Shown: piece after piece, positions 9,577-18,682 of the stretch | Layout of the letters: each line of letters opens with the position of its first letter | How positions within the stretch are numbered: the first letter of the stretch is position 1 | From: Gemmataceae bacterium | Lineage (GTDB): Bacteria; Planctomycetota; Planctomycetia; Gemmatales; Gemmataceae | Assembly: GCA_035258765.1 (NCBI GenBank) | Contig: DATFWZ010000733.1 | Location: 1-47,336, forward strand | DNA length: 47,336 nucleotides | Reading direction: 5' to 3' | Notes under the pieces: generated by a model | Database searches by the model: none | What the model saw: only the letters and a program-made list of their open reading frames with translations | What the model was told of the DNA's origin: nothing | Made by a program: the position numbers and the translations under genes

Positions 9577-10745
9577 GTCTTTGCCCCCGAGCCCAGGACT
9601 GCCCTGTAGAGATCCAGGCTCCTCCGGCCCATGACCCGCCAGTCGAACTCGGCCGCGGCACGTTGCCGCCCGCCGGCCGCCAGACGTACACGCAGCTTCG
9701 GTTCGGCCAAAAGTCGGGTGGCCGCTACGGCGAACGCTGCCGGGTCGCCGACCGGGACAGTCAGGCCCTCTCGCCCGTCCCGGCAAACCCACGCCACCCC
9801 GCTGCCCGGGATGGCGGTGTTCACCACCGGGCAGCCGGCCGCCATTGCCTCCACTTGAACCAGGCCGAACCCCTCGCTCCGAGCAACGCTCGGGAACCAC
9901 AGCGCGGTCGCCGCGTGATATGCCCCGACCAGCTCATCCGCCGATGCACGCCCTAACCATACCACTCGGTCGGCCACTCCTAGCTGCGCCGCACGAGCCC
10001 GGAGGTCCGACTCCAGCGGTCCACTTCCGATCACCACGAGCCGCCCCGGCACTGCCCGCAGCGCCGCGAGTGCGACGTGGAGACCCTTGTAGTAGATCAG
10101 CCGTCCGACGCTCAGCCAAAGCGGGGCCCCATACTGGTCCCGCAGCCGTGCGGCATGTCCGAGGGCGGCCGCCGAAGGCTCCTGGAATGGGACCAGATCG
10201 ATTCCAAGTGGCAACAGCTCGACCTTGTCGGCGTGCTGCCGCAGTATCGACGACCCGGCTAAGTACCCGGGACTATCGGACAGGACGCGAGCCGCTCGTC
10301 GGTAGACGGCTGCTTCGACCGGTCGCACCGCATACTTCGTCAACCGCTGGCGGACGATGTCGCTGTGGTGAGTGATCACCAACGGGCGGACCCGCGGCAG
10401 GCCCATCATCGCCAGCATCATCGTCACGTTCGGGGTGTGCAAGTGCCAGACATCCGGGGGATCCGCGGCCAGCCGCCGCAACACCCCGGCAAGCCCTGGT
10501 GCCACGTCGAGCTTCGCCACGTTAGCCCAGCGGCCCACCCGAGTGACATGGACCGGGCCGTCCGTCTCCTCGGTCGGCCAGGTGCGCGTGAATCGTTCGA
10601 AAGTGGCGTCCTGCCCATCGGCGGACGCGTGATTCACTACCACCACGCGGACGTCGGCGCCGAGTTCGGCCTGAGCGCGGGCCAGCGTCTGCGTGTGGGT
10701 CTCGATTCCCCCGGCAGACGGGGGGTAGTACTTGCCCAGATGCAC
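9558..10745 (-). CDS. Glycosyltransferase family 4
   Basis: Contains (M)HLGKYYPPSAGGIETHTQTLARAQAELGADVRVVVVNH and FPSVARSEGFGLVQVEAMAAGCPVV. The start is a GTG. Confidence 0.85.
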   Translation of the reverse strand: MHLGKYYPPSAGGIETHTQTLARAQAELGADVRVVVVNHASADGQDATFERFTRTWPTEETDGPVHVTRVGRWANVAKLDVAPGLAGVLRRLAADPPDVWHLHTPNVTMMLAMMGLPRVRPLVITHHSDIVRQRLTKYAVRPVEAAVYRRAARVLSDSPGYLAGSSILRQHADKVELLPLGIDLVPFQEPSAAALGHAARLRDQYGAPLWLSVGRLIYYKGLHVALAALRAVPGRLVVIGSGPLESDLRARAAQLGVADRVVWLGRASADELVGAYHAATALWFPSVARSEGFGLVQVEAMAAGCPVVNTAIPGSGVAWVCRDGREGLTVPVGDPAAFAVAATRLLAEPKLRVRLAAGGRQRAAAEFDWRVMGRRSLDLYRAVLGSGAKTCASYT

Positions 10746-10895
10746 GACCCGAAGTCGGGTCCGGCTCGTCCTCGTTCGGATCAGGTCAGGTCTCCGAAAG
10801 AGCCACGCACCGGTGCCGACAATTATGCGGCGCCGGTGCGGCGTATGATTCTGCTTGAACGGCCCACCGGACGGGGTCCGGTCGGCCGGCGTGGG

Positions 10896-12632
10896 TCAGC
10901 TGATCACTGACTTGTTCTTCGTCCCGATGGTGTTGTTCGACCAGGAGTTCAACACGGTCGTTGGCGTACCGGAGAGATCGTTTGCGTCGAACGACCCGTT
11001 GTTCCCCTTGTTGTTCAAGGTCAAGGTGTTGCCGGAGAGCGTGTTCCCGGTCGAATTGGCGTCGAGCAGGATCCCATTGGAACCATTCCGCTGTGCGGTG
11101 TTGCCGGTCACCGAACTGCCGCCGGTGTTGACGAAGCTGAACCCGTTCAGTCCGTTCGAGGCCTTGTTCCCGGTCGGGTTCCCGGAAAAGTTGTTACTGA
11201 TCGTCAGGCCGGAGGAGTTCTCGAACAGGAAGCCGTTGAGCGAGTTCTGGGCGGCCTGGTTGTTGGTGATGGTCACCCCGGTGCTGCCGGTGACGTAGAT
11301 CCCGTTGGCCCCGTTGCTGTTGGCGTTGTAGTTGCTGACCGTTATGTTCTGGCAGCTCTCGATCAGGAAACCGTTGGCGCCGTTGCCGTTGGCGTTGCCG
11401 TTGGTCGAACCGTCCATCCCGTTGACCGACAGACCAGAGCTGTTCTGGATGTGGTAGCCGTTGCCCCCGTTCCCGTTCGCGTTGCCGTTGGCGGACATAA
11501 TCCAGGTGCCGGCGGTGTCGGCCGCGGAGAGGAAGAAGTTGAACCCGTCCCCGGTGTTGCTGCTGGCGTTGTTTTTGGTGATCGACACCGGGTTGGCGGC
11601 GGAACTGTGCAAATACCAGATGTCGAACCCGTCCGCCACCGTGCCGCCGGCCGAGTTGCTCGACGAGTTGTTGGTCACGGTCGCCCCCATGGTGACCGTC
11701 GTCCCCCCGTCGGACGAGTCGAACCCGATCCCGTAGTAGGTGCTCCCGCTGATCGAGTTGTTCTGGATGACCGGGCTGGTCCCATCCATCACGCTGATGC
11801 CGAAGTTGTTGTTCGAAACTGCGTTCCCGATGATCTGTACTCCCGAGGCGGCCTTGTACAGGAAGATCCCCACCGACACGAAGTTGCCGTTCTTCTTCCC
11901 ATTCGCCGAGACCGCGTTCCCGGACACGGTCCCGGATGCCCCGTAGCTGATCTCGATCCCGTTCTGGTCGGTCTTGGCCGGCGCACCCAGGCCGGTCACG
12001 GTGTTGCTGCTCACGGTGCCACTGGACCCGACATTGGCAATGACGATCCCGGCGTCGCCGTACCCGGTCACGACGTTGCCGCTGACCGTGGCCGTCCCGG
12101 TGGTCGGCCCACCGACTGCGAACGCGCTGCGGCCGACGCGGATGCCGATCCCCTCGCCGCTGCTCGGGTTGATGTTCTGAATGACGTTGCTCTGGATGGT
12201 CGCCTGTCCGCCGTTTTTGATGAAGATCCCCTGGTTCGCAGGCGTATTCGAGCCGTCGAACACGAGCGAATTGATCGTTACCCCGGTCTCACCGTCGACG
12301 GTCAGAATGGCCCCGGCGCTGGACGCCTTGATGGTAGAGTTGCCCGTCGAGTTGGGGGTCTTCTGGATGAGGAGGTTGGTGAGGTTCGCCGAGTTCGGGA
12401 TCACCAGGTTCCCGGTGTAAGTTGCCGGGGCGATGTTGATGATGTCGTTGCCGTCGTTCGTGGCGGCGGCCGCGTCGATGGCGGCCTGGATGCTCCCGCC
12501 CGCGGCAACGTTGAACGTGGCCGGGACGGTCCGGTCTTCCATCCCGTCCACGCGCAGGGCAGACCGGCGGGACAGGCGGGCGGCGGTACGGCGGGTTGGG
12601 CGAACTGTCTTGGTGATCCAGTCCAGTCGCAT
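10896..12632 (-). CDS. Right-handed parallel beta-helix repeat protein (NosD/CASH/pectate-lyase-fold), paralog 1
   Basis: Long run of ~22-aa coils rich in N/G/T/S/I (..GNAVSNNNFGISV.., ..NGANGIYVTGSTGVTITNN..). The N-terminal leader is ..RRSALRVDGMEDRTVPATF. I prefer the ATG at 12632, which is preceded by AAGGA at 8 nt, over the track start at 12671. Confidence 0.8.
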   Translation of the reverse strand: MRLDWITKTVRPTRRTAARLSRRSALRVDGMEDRTVPATFNVAAGGSIQAAIDAAAATNDGNDIINIAPATYTGNLVIPNSANLTNLLIQKTPNSTGNSTIKASSAGAILTVDGETGVTINSLVFDGSNTPANQGIFIKNGGQATIQSNVIQNINPSSGEGIGIRVGRSAFAVGGPTTGTATVSGNVVTGYGDAGIVIANVGSSGTVSSNTVTGLGAPAKTDQNGIEISYGASGTVSGNAVSANGKKNGNFVSVGIFLYKAASGVQIIGNAVSNNNFGISVMDGTSPVIQNNSISGSTYYGIGFDSSDGGTTVTMGATVTNNSSSNSAGGTVADGFDIWYLHSSAANPVSITKNNASSNTGDGFNFFLSAADTAGTWIMSANGNANGNGGNGYHIQNSSGLSVNGMDGSTNGNANGNGANGFLIESCQNITVSNYNANSNGANGIYVTGSTGVTITNNQAAQNSLNGFLFENSSGLTISNNFSGNPTGNKASNGLNGFSFVNTGGSSVTGNTAQRNGSNGILLDANSTGNTLSGNTLTLNNKGNNGSFDANDLSGTPTTVLNSWSNNTIGTKNKSVIS

Positions 12633-12906
12633 GGCAAAGGTCCTTCTCAATGGGGTCGGGTCGACAGCCATGGCCCGGCGCAGTCCGGACCGGTTCAGTG
12701 GGCGAGCTTGAGAGGCGTGGCTTGTGCGCCCGCCCCAAGCGGAACCCGGCGCGGTTCGGAACGAGTCGGACTGGGCGAGTGCGGGGGAGAGATTAACGAC
12801 GGCCCGTCAGGATTTGACGGCGGGCCGATGAGGGTTCAATAAAAGTCGTGAATCAACCCTGGCCGTGAGCGGACCGACGGTGGCCGTGTGACCGCGACCG
12901 CCCGCT

Positions 12907-14388
12907 TCATTCGAAGACGAACGGCGTGTCCGTGCTATTAGCCGTCACCGTCACGCCGGTCGAATCGGCGCTGACGAAGCCCGACCCCTGCTGGCTGTTC
13001 GTGAATTTGTTGTGCGCGACGGGGGTGTTGTCGGCGTTCGCCAGACGAAGCCCATACCCGGCGTTGGCTTGGAATCGGTTGCCCGTCACTGCCGTTCCGG
13101 CCGCGTCCTGCAACAGGACACCGTCCGCGGCGTTCGCCGACAGGGAATTGTTCAGCAACACGTTATTCTGGCCGCCGAGCACCTGGATCCCGGACAGGAC
13201 GTTCCCGGAGCAGCGGTTGTTCGACACCCGGTTGTCGCTCGACTGCTCAAGGAAGATGCCGTTGCCCCAGTTGCCGTGCGAGTCGTTGTTCTTGACCACG
13301 TTGTTGACGGTCGCCCCGGCGGGGGCGGCGCTCGAGAACAGGTAAATGCCGTCGCTGCCGTTGTCGTGCGTGCGGTTGTTCGCGATCAGGCCGGAACTGG
13401 AAAACACGGACGCGATGCCGTTGACCGTACTGGTGCCCACGTCATTGTTTTTGACGGCCACATGATCCGAGGTGTCGATCAGGATGCCGGCGAATTCGCT
13501 GTGAGTAACCGTGTTGTTGGCCACCGCGGCCGCGCGGTCGGCCGTCCCGCCGGACTGGTAGAGCCAGACCCCGGCCTCGTTCAGGTCGAGGACATTGTTC
13601 TTGATCACGTTCTGGCTACCGGGTGTCTGGTAGAACAGGAGCCCGGCGGAGCTGTCGGTCGCCGAGTTCTGGCTGACCCGGTTGGCCACGACGCGGCCCG
13701 TCGCTCCGAAACTGATCTGGATGCCGTTCTGGGCCAAGGTGCCGTTGGCGGCCCCGCGGCCGACGACCATGTTCCCCTGGACCGTGGCCGACGATCCAGC
13801 CCCGTCGACCACCACTCCGGCCCCGACATAGTTCGTAATCCGGTTGTTCAGGACGGTGGCAGTGCCGACACTCCCGGTCCCCCGCCGGGTCCCCACCTCG
13901 ACCCCGATCCCGAAGTTCGTGTCGCTGCTCGTGGTCAGCCCGGTGATGGTGTTGTTCTTGATGGTGGCCGACCCGCCCTCGACTACCCGGACGCCCGCAT
14001 ACAGGTTGCCGTCCGTGTTCGTTGACCCGTCGAAGTTGAATCCGGTCACGGTCACGCCGACCCCGCGGAGGTCGAGGATCGCGCCACCCAGGTTGAAGCC
14101 GGCCACCGTGTCCGGGACCACGGCCGCGGGGGACTTGACGAACACCCCGGACTGGGCGGCCGTCAGAATCAGCCCGGTGTCGGCGGCCGGGACGTGCAGC
14201 TGCTCCGCGTACGTGCCGGCGTACACCTTGATGGTGTCGTGCGGGTGGGCGGCGGCGATCGCCGCGGCGATGGTCGTGAACTGCCGCCCGCCGCTGTCGT
14301 CGACGGTCAGGACGGCGGGGACGCAGCGCTCGTCGAGTGGGGTACAGGTGAGGGCGGGGCGGGGCGTCCGGCCGAACCGGTTTGGCAT
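12907..14388 (-). CDS. Right-handed parallel beta-helix repeat protein, paralog 2
   Basis: 493 aa. The leader is MPNRFGRTPRPALTCTPLDERCVPAVLTVDD, followed by beta-helix coils (..NNRITNYVGAGVVVDGAGSSATVQGN.., ..DGIYLFSS.., ..NGIFLEQSSDNRVSNN..). The ATG is preceded by AGGA. Confidence 0.8.
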   Translation of the reverse strand: MPNRFGRTPRPALTCTPLDERCVPAVLTVDDSGGRQFTTIAAAIAAAHPHDTIKVYAGTYAEQLHVPAADTGLILTAAQSGVFVKSPAAVVPDTVAGFNLGGAILDLRGVGVTVTGFNFDGSTNTDGNLYAGVRVVEGGSATIKNNTITGLTTSSDTNFGIGVEVGTRRGTGSVGTATVLNNRITNYVGAGVVVDGAGSSATVQGNMVVGRGAANGTLAQNGIQISFGATGRVVANRVSQNSATDSSAGLLFYQTPGSQNVIKNNVLDLNEAGVWLYQSGGTADRAAAVANNTVTHSEFAGILIDTSDHVAVKNNDVGTSTVNGIASVFSSSGLIANNRTHDNGSDGIYLFSSAAPAGATVNNVVKNNDSHGNWGNGIFLEQSSDNRVSNNRCSGNVLSGIQVLGGQNNVLLNNSLSANAADGVLLQDAAGTAVTGNRFQANAGYGLRLANADNTPVAHNKFTNSQQGSGFVSADSTGVTVTANSTDTPFVFE

Positions 14389-14478
14389 ACAAGATCCTGA
14401 GGCACGGGGTCGCCGGCGGCGGGCGGCGGCCTGGTTGGGGAGCGCCGGCCGCCACCGGCCGCGGGCGTCGGGCGAGAC

Positions 14479-16071
14479 TCAGTCGGCCAGACCAGCCGTA
14501 GCCGCGTCTGCGGCCGCCACGGCTGAAGTATAGGCCAGGCTGGTGCCGGCAGCCCCGGTAGTTCCTTCCATGACCGGCGGAGTATCCGTCCGGTTGCCGA
14601 TCTGCACGGTCCCGGTCGAGTCGGCGCTGATGAACACCGACCCGGCCGCGTTCCCGGTGATCAGGTTGAAGGCGACGAGCGTGTTGTCCGCGTTCAAGAG
14701 CCGCAGGCCGAACCCGGTGTTGGCCAGCAGGGCATTCCCGACCACGGTGTTGTTGGTCGTGTCCTGGAATAGGATCCCGTCGGCCAGGTTGGAGCCGCTG
14801 CTGCCGAGCCAGATGTCATTACTCGTTCCGCCGAGGACCTTGATGCCGTTGGCGGCATTCCCTTGGGTGGTGTTGTTCCACACCTGGTCGTTGGTCGACT
14901 GCTCGAGGAAGATGCCGTTGAAGCCGTTGTCGTGGCTGTCGTTGCACCGGACCTGGTTATTGGCCCCCTGGAACACGTAGATCCCGTCGGCGTTCGGGTT
15001 GCCGAACACGTCGTTGTTCTCGACCTCGACCGTGTTCGAAGTCAGCAGAAAGATCCCATTGAGCGCTGTGTTGTTGAACACGTCGTTATTCTTCACCTTG
15101 ACCCTGTCGGATTCGGTTATCGCGATGCCGGCAGGGCCCGTATTCCCGGTGACGTCGTTGTTGACGACTTTGATCGTGCCCGCTCCGGAGGCATTAGACG
15201 ACTCGACGAGGATGCCGACGTCGTTGCCGCTGACCGTGTTCTTGGCGGCGACGCTATCCCGGCTGCCGTCCTGGAAGAAGTAGATCCCGGCAGAGTTCGC
15301 GAGCAGCGGATTGCCGCCGACGGAATTGTTGCTGATGGCGTTCTTCTCGACTCGCGCCGTGGCCCCACGGCTCACTTGCACCCCATATTGTGCAACCCCA
15401 CCATTGGCCGCCCCGCGGCCGGTGATCGTATTGCCGGTGACGGTGGCCGACCCGCCGACGCCGTCCACCAGGATTCCAGCGCCATAGTACCCGGACACCA
15501 AGTTCCCGGTCACCTTGGCCGTTCCGGCGCCCGCTGACCCGGCCAGCCGGTTGGTCCCGATCTGAACGCCGATCCCGGCAGCCGGGTCCGACGAGTTGGT
15601 CGGCCCGACCACCGAGTTGTTGCTGATCGTCGCCGATCCGCCATTGCGGACCCGGACTGTAGCAAACAGATCGCCGTCGCTGGTCGATCCGTCGATCTGG
15701 AATCCGCTCACTTTGACGTTGGTGGCGGTTACATCCACGAGGGCACCGCCGATCGTGGGCGAGGTCGGGACCACGTCGGCCGGGGCGGAAATCACCACAT
15801 CCATGCCGCTACTCGGCTTGGCCAGGAGTTTCAGCCCGTTCGTGGCAATCGTCAGTTGTTCCGCATAGGTGCCCTTATAGACCTCGATCGTGTCGTTGGG
15901 GTTGGCGGCGTTCAGGGCCGCGACAATGGTGGTGAACGCGCCCGGCTTCTGGACCCCGTCGTCGTCGACGAACAGGACGGCGGGAACTTCTCGGGCCTCG
16001 AGCGCGACGCAGTTCAACGCGGGCCGCGGGCGGACGGACGCACGGTGGTTCCGAAGCAGGCGAAAGACCAT
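14479..16071 (-). CDS. Right-handed parallel beta-helix repeat protein, paralog 3
   Basis: Roughly half identical by eye to paralog 2 over the first ~230 aa (VPAVLFVDDDG..TIEVYKGTYAEQL..GGSATISNN..GRGAANGGVAQYGVQV). The track start is a TTG at 16086. The ATG at 16071 has GAGG upstream. Confidence 0.8.
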   Translation of the reverse strand: MVFRLLRNHRASVRPRPALNCVALEAREVPAVLFVDDDGVQKPGAFTTIVAALNAANPNDTIEVYKGTYAEQLTIATNGLKLLAKPSSGMDVVISAPADVVPTSPTIGGALVDVTATNVKVSGFQIDGSTSDGDLFATVRVRNGGSATISNNSVVGPTNSSDPAAGIGVQIGTNRLAGSAGAGTAKVTGNLVSGYYGAGILVDGVGGSATVTGNTITGRGAANGGVAQYGVQVSRGATARVEKNAISNNSVGGNPLLANSAGIYFFQDGSRDSVAAKNTVSGNDVGILVESSNASGAGTIKVVNNDVTGNTGPAGIAITESDRVKVKNNDVFNNTALNGIFLLTSNTVEVENNDVFGNPNADGIYVFQGANNQVRCNDSHDNGFNGIFLEQSTNDQVWNNTTQGNAANGIKVLGGTSNDIWLGSSGSNLADGILFQDTTNNTVVGNALLANTGFGLRLLNADNTLVAFNLITGNAAGSVFISADSTGTVQIGNRTDTPPVMEGTTGAAGTSLAYTSAVAAADAATAGLAD

Positions 16072-16175
16072 GAGCGGCGACCTCAATGGAGAGAGAAAGA
16101 ACGGATCTGGGTTCGACGGATGCGAGCAAAATCAAATAACAATTGTCTGATGTTCCCGTGGTAGGGTGTGACCTC

Positions 16176-18632
16176 CTAATCCGGACCGGATCGGACTCGG
16201 ACCAGGGCCGCGTTGAGCGCGCGGGCGCCTGCGTGGCCGGGGGCATCTCGCAGTACGATCCGGACCTGGTCCCTCGCGGCAGGTAAGTCGCCTCGCTGGA
16301 AGAGGAGCTGGGCAAGTTCAAACCGCCACTCGACCCGATCGGGTGCGCGCGCCACTGCTTCGTCGTAAGCCAACACGGCGTCGGCTGGCCGGTCTGCCTC
16401 GAGCAACAGTCGGGCCCGCCGGTACAAGTCTTCCGGACGGCGTGGGTTGCCTTCGGAAAGATCAAGGGCCCGGGTCAGGAGCACCGGGCGGTCAGGTGCC
16501 GGGACAAATCGCGCGGCCTCGACGAGCATGTCCGGGTTTCGGGGAAGGACGCGGTCGGTCAACCCCCCGGGGCCGAGTTGCGCGTGCACAATCGGAATGA
16601 TCTGCGGCAGGTAGGCCGATGAGCAATCGAGCGAGCACCGCCAACAGTGCCAAGCCTGACCCGGGTCGCCCTCTGTTAGATGGGCGAGTCCGGCCAGGTA
16701 CCATGCCCCGCCGTCCGCCGGGGCCAGCCGGCAAGCCCGGTCGAGGTACCCGGCCGCTGTATCTGCATGGTGGAGGTGCTGGCGACCGCCGGCAATCCGA
16801 GCGTGCGGGCGATAATAGAGCGGGTTGCCAGCCCGCACGCGGAGATAGTCCCGGAGGGCCGGCCGGAGGTAAGCATCGTCCATGGCCGCAGTCGGCCCGG
16901 TTACCTGGGTGTGGGCCAGGTACTCAGAGTGACGGACCTCCGCCAACCGGAGACGCAGCCGCGCGTCGTCCGGGACGCAGGCGACCGCTGCCTCCAGATA
17001 GCGGATGACCACGTCGCGCTCGCCGTCCGGAAGGCGGACCACGGCGTGCTCCGCGGCGAGCCGGAATCGCTCTGCCCGCTCTCGTTCCCAGGCGTCCGCG
17101 GGCAGAGTGAGCGCCAATACCAGGGCCGTGGCGGCCGCTAGGAGCGCGGCCCACCGGCCGGGCGGAGCCGGGGCGCCGCCGGCCGCGGTCAGGTGCGCGG
17201 CCAGAACCGTTGCCAGCACTACGATGGCAGGCATGTGCATCCCGAAGTCACCAAAGGCATGAATGACCAGGGTGGTCAGCCCGAACAGCCCTCCCAGCAC
17301 GAGCGACCCGTCGGGTCCGAGGGCAGACCCGCGGTAGGCCCTGACGCCCGCTCGATACACAAGGGCGATTGCAACTCCGACCAACGCGAGCTGGAAGATG
17401 CCACCCTCGATCAGCGATTCCAGGTAGTCGTTGTGGGCGTGCTCCCAGGATAGGGTGGAGTCGTCACCCGGGACCCGCTGCATCGGCTCAACCGACTCGA
17501 ACGTCCCATATCCAGTCCCCCAGAGCGGGAACCTCTTGGCGAGTGGCGCGACTCGCTCCCACAGGGGTTGGCGACCCTCTTCCAAGGCCCCGTCGCCGAG
17601 GGTCCGCAGGCGTTGGCCGACTATATCGGCTCCGAGCCAGGCGAGCAGGCCGAGGGCAAGTCCGAAGGCGAGCGCAGGTCCGGCAAGTCCCCGAATACGT
17701 CTGCGAGCGCACACAGCCAATAATCCACATCCGACAGCGGCCCCAGCCAGCGCCACGGCACCGCCGCGGGACAGACTGTAGATGCTCGCCGCAAGCATGA
17801 CGGCGAGGGCGGCGACAAGCCAAAGAGCGACCGGACAGCGGCCCAATTCAGCGGCCAACTCCAAGACTGTCCGGCCTCGCCGGAACGGCGGACACGGGAG
17901 CAGCAGGCCCAGGCCCAGGCCGAAGCACACGTTGATGTAGAAGGGGAAATGGTTCCGGCAGACAAACGGTCCGAACGTGTGCCCCTGTGAAACGAACCGC
18001 CAGTAAAGAGTATCGGGGGACGAGCTAAGGTTCTGGGTCAGGGCAAAGACCGACAAGAGGGCCCCATTCACCACACACACAATGGCGAAGCGGCGGAAGG
18101 AAGCTGGTGTCGCGATCCTATACCGGACGATGGTGAAGAGCCCGACCACGGCGAGCAGCTTGATCAATTGCCGGCGCGTGGTCCCGGGGTCCAGGCTCAA
18201 TGTGGCAGACGGCCGGGGAACAGAGTCCTCGCCAGTCAGTCCCTCGGAATCAGCCGGGATCAAATCGGCCCGCAATTGTGCCGTCGCGGGCGAGAGAACC
18301 GTCAGTGTGGTGTCTGGGAGTGGAGCGAGTTGCCAAAGCCCAAGGATCACGATGCCGATCAGACAAGCAACCACTGGGCAGAACCCGACCCCGAGCCGGC
18401 GGTCGATCAATAGCACCGCCGCCCAGAGGAGCAACGCGATGCTGAGCCCCACCGACAATAGGAGGAGCGACAGCGGGTGGACGGCGGCAAAGGCCCAGGG
18501 TGCGAGCGCGACCATCGCCAGCACCAGGATCTCAATGCCGGCGCGAAGCCATCGCGCGACCTTGCCGGCGACCGGCGGTTCGTCGAGCGCTCGCAAATGC
18601 TCTGGGACCATCTCCGATTTGGTAGTTGGCAA
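16176..18632 (-). CDS. O-antigen ligase family (Wzy_C) membrane domain fused to C-terminal TPR repeats
   Basis: 818 aa. The N-terminal ~460 aa are multi-TM with GPFVCRNHFPFY, SLSRGG and WEHAHNDYLESLIEGGIFQL, which are hallmarks of O-antigen ligase-like proteins. The C-terminal ~330 aa are helical repeats (..AGYLDRACRLAPADGGAWYLAGLAHLTEGDPGQAWHCW.., ..ADAVLAYDEAVARAPDRVEWRFELAQLLFQRGDLPAA..). The start is uncertain: TTG at 18632 or ATG at 18611. Confidence 0.8.
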   Translation of the reverse strand: MPTTKSEMVPEHLRALDEPPVAGKVARWLRAGIEILVLAMVALAPWAFAAVHPLSLLLLSVGLSIALLLWAAVLLIDRRLGVGFCPVVACLIGIVILGLWQLAPLPDTTLTVLSPATAQLRADLIPADSEGLTGEDSVPRPSATLSLDPGTTRRQLIKLLAVVGLFTIVRYRIATPASFRRFAIVCVVNGALLSVFALTQNLSSSPDTLYWRFVSQGHTFGPFVCRNHFPFYINVCFGLGLGLLLPCPPFRRGRTVLELAAELGRCPVALWLVAALAVMLAASIYSLSRGGAVALAGAAVGCGLLAVCARRRIRGLAGPALAFGLALGLLAWLGADIVGQRLRTLGDGALEEGRQPLWERVAPLAKRFPLWGTGYGTFESVEPMQRVPGDDSTLSWEHAHNDYLESLIEGGIFQLALVGVAIALVYRAGVRAYRGSALGPDGSLVLGGLFGLTTLVIHAFGDFGMHMPAIVVLATVLAAHLTAAGGAPAPPGRWAALLAAATALVLALTLPADAWERERAERFRLAAEHAVVRLPDGERDVVIRYLEAAVACVPDDARLRLRLAEVRHSEYLAHTQVTGPTAAMDDAYLRPALRDYLRVRAGNPLYYRPHARIAGGRQHLHHADTAAGYLDRACRLAPADGGAWYLAGLAHLTEGDPGQAWHCWRCSLDCSSAYLPQIIPIVHAQLGPGGLTDRVLPRNPDMLVEAARFVPAPDRPVLLTRALDLSEGNPRRPEDLYRRARLLLEADRPADAVLAYDEAVARAPDRVEWRFELAQLLFQRGDLPAARDQVRIVLRDAPGHAGARALNAALVRVRSGPD

Positions 18633-18682
18633 GAGATCGAAACGTGTCGGGGCGCCCGCGGCGAACGCCCCGACGGCAATGG

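Noticed and set aside
8450-9900. N-terminal extensions of track ORFs (7667..8647 beyond 8449, 8449..9900 beyond 9576, 44803..44904, 46252..46320, 26598..26702, 19756..19830)
   Set aside because: The extensions are low-complexity. They overlap upstream genes or precede the obvious signal, pilin or GT N-termini. The internal starts have SD-like sites or stop/start overlaps.
11451-15537. Long plus-strand ORFs (11451..12842, 13012..14025, 14863..15537) opposite the beta-helix genes
   Set aside because: The periodic beta-helix coding repeats keep the antisense frames open. The translations are Gly/Arg/Val/Asp-rich without motifs. The minus-strand frames carry leaders, SD sites and clear repeat architecture.
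14311-16017. ALNC / ALTC in the beta-helix leaders as lipoboxes
   Set aside because: No hydrophobic h-region precedes the Cys. The -1 residue (N or T) is atypical. Beta-helix paralog 1 and the giant protein lack the Cys altogether.
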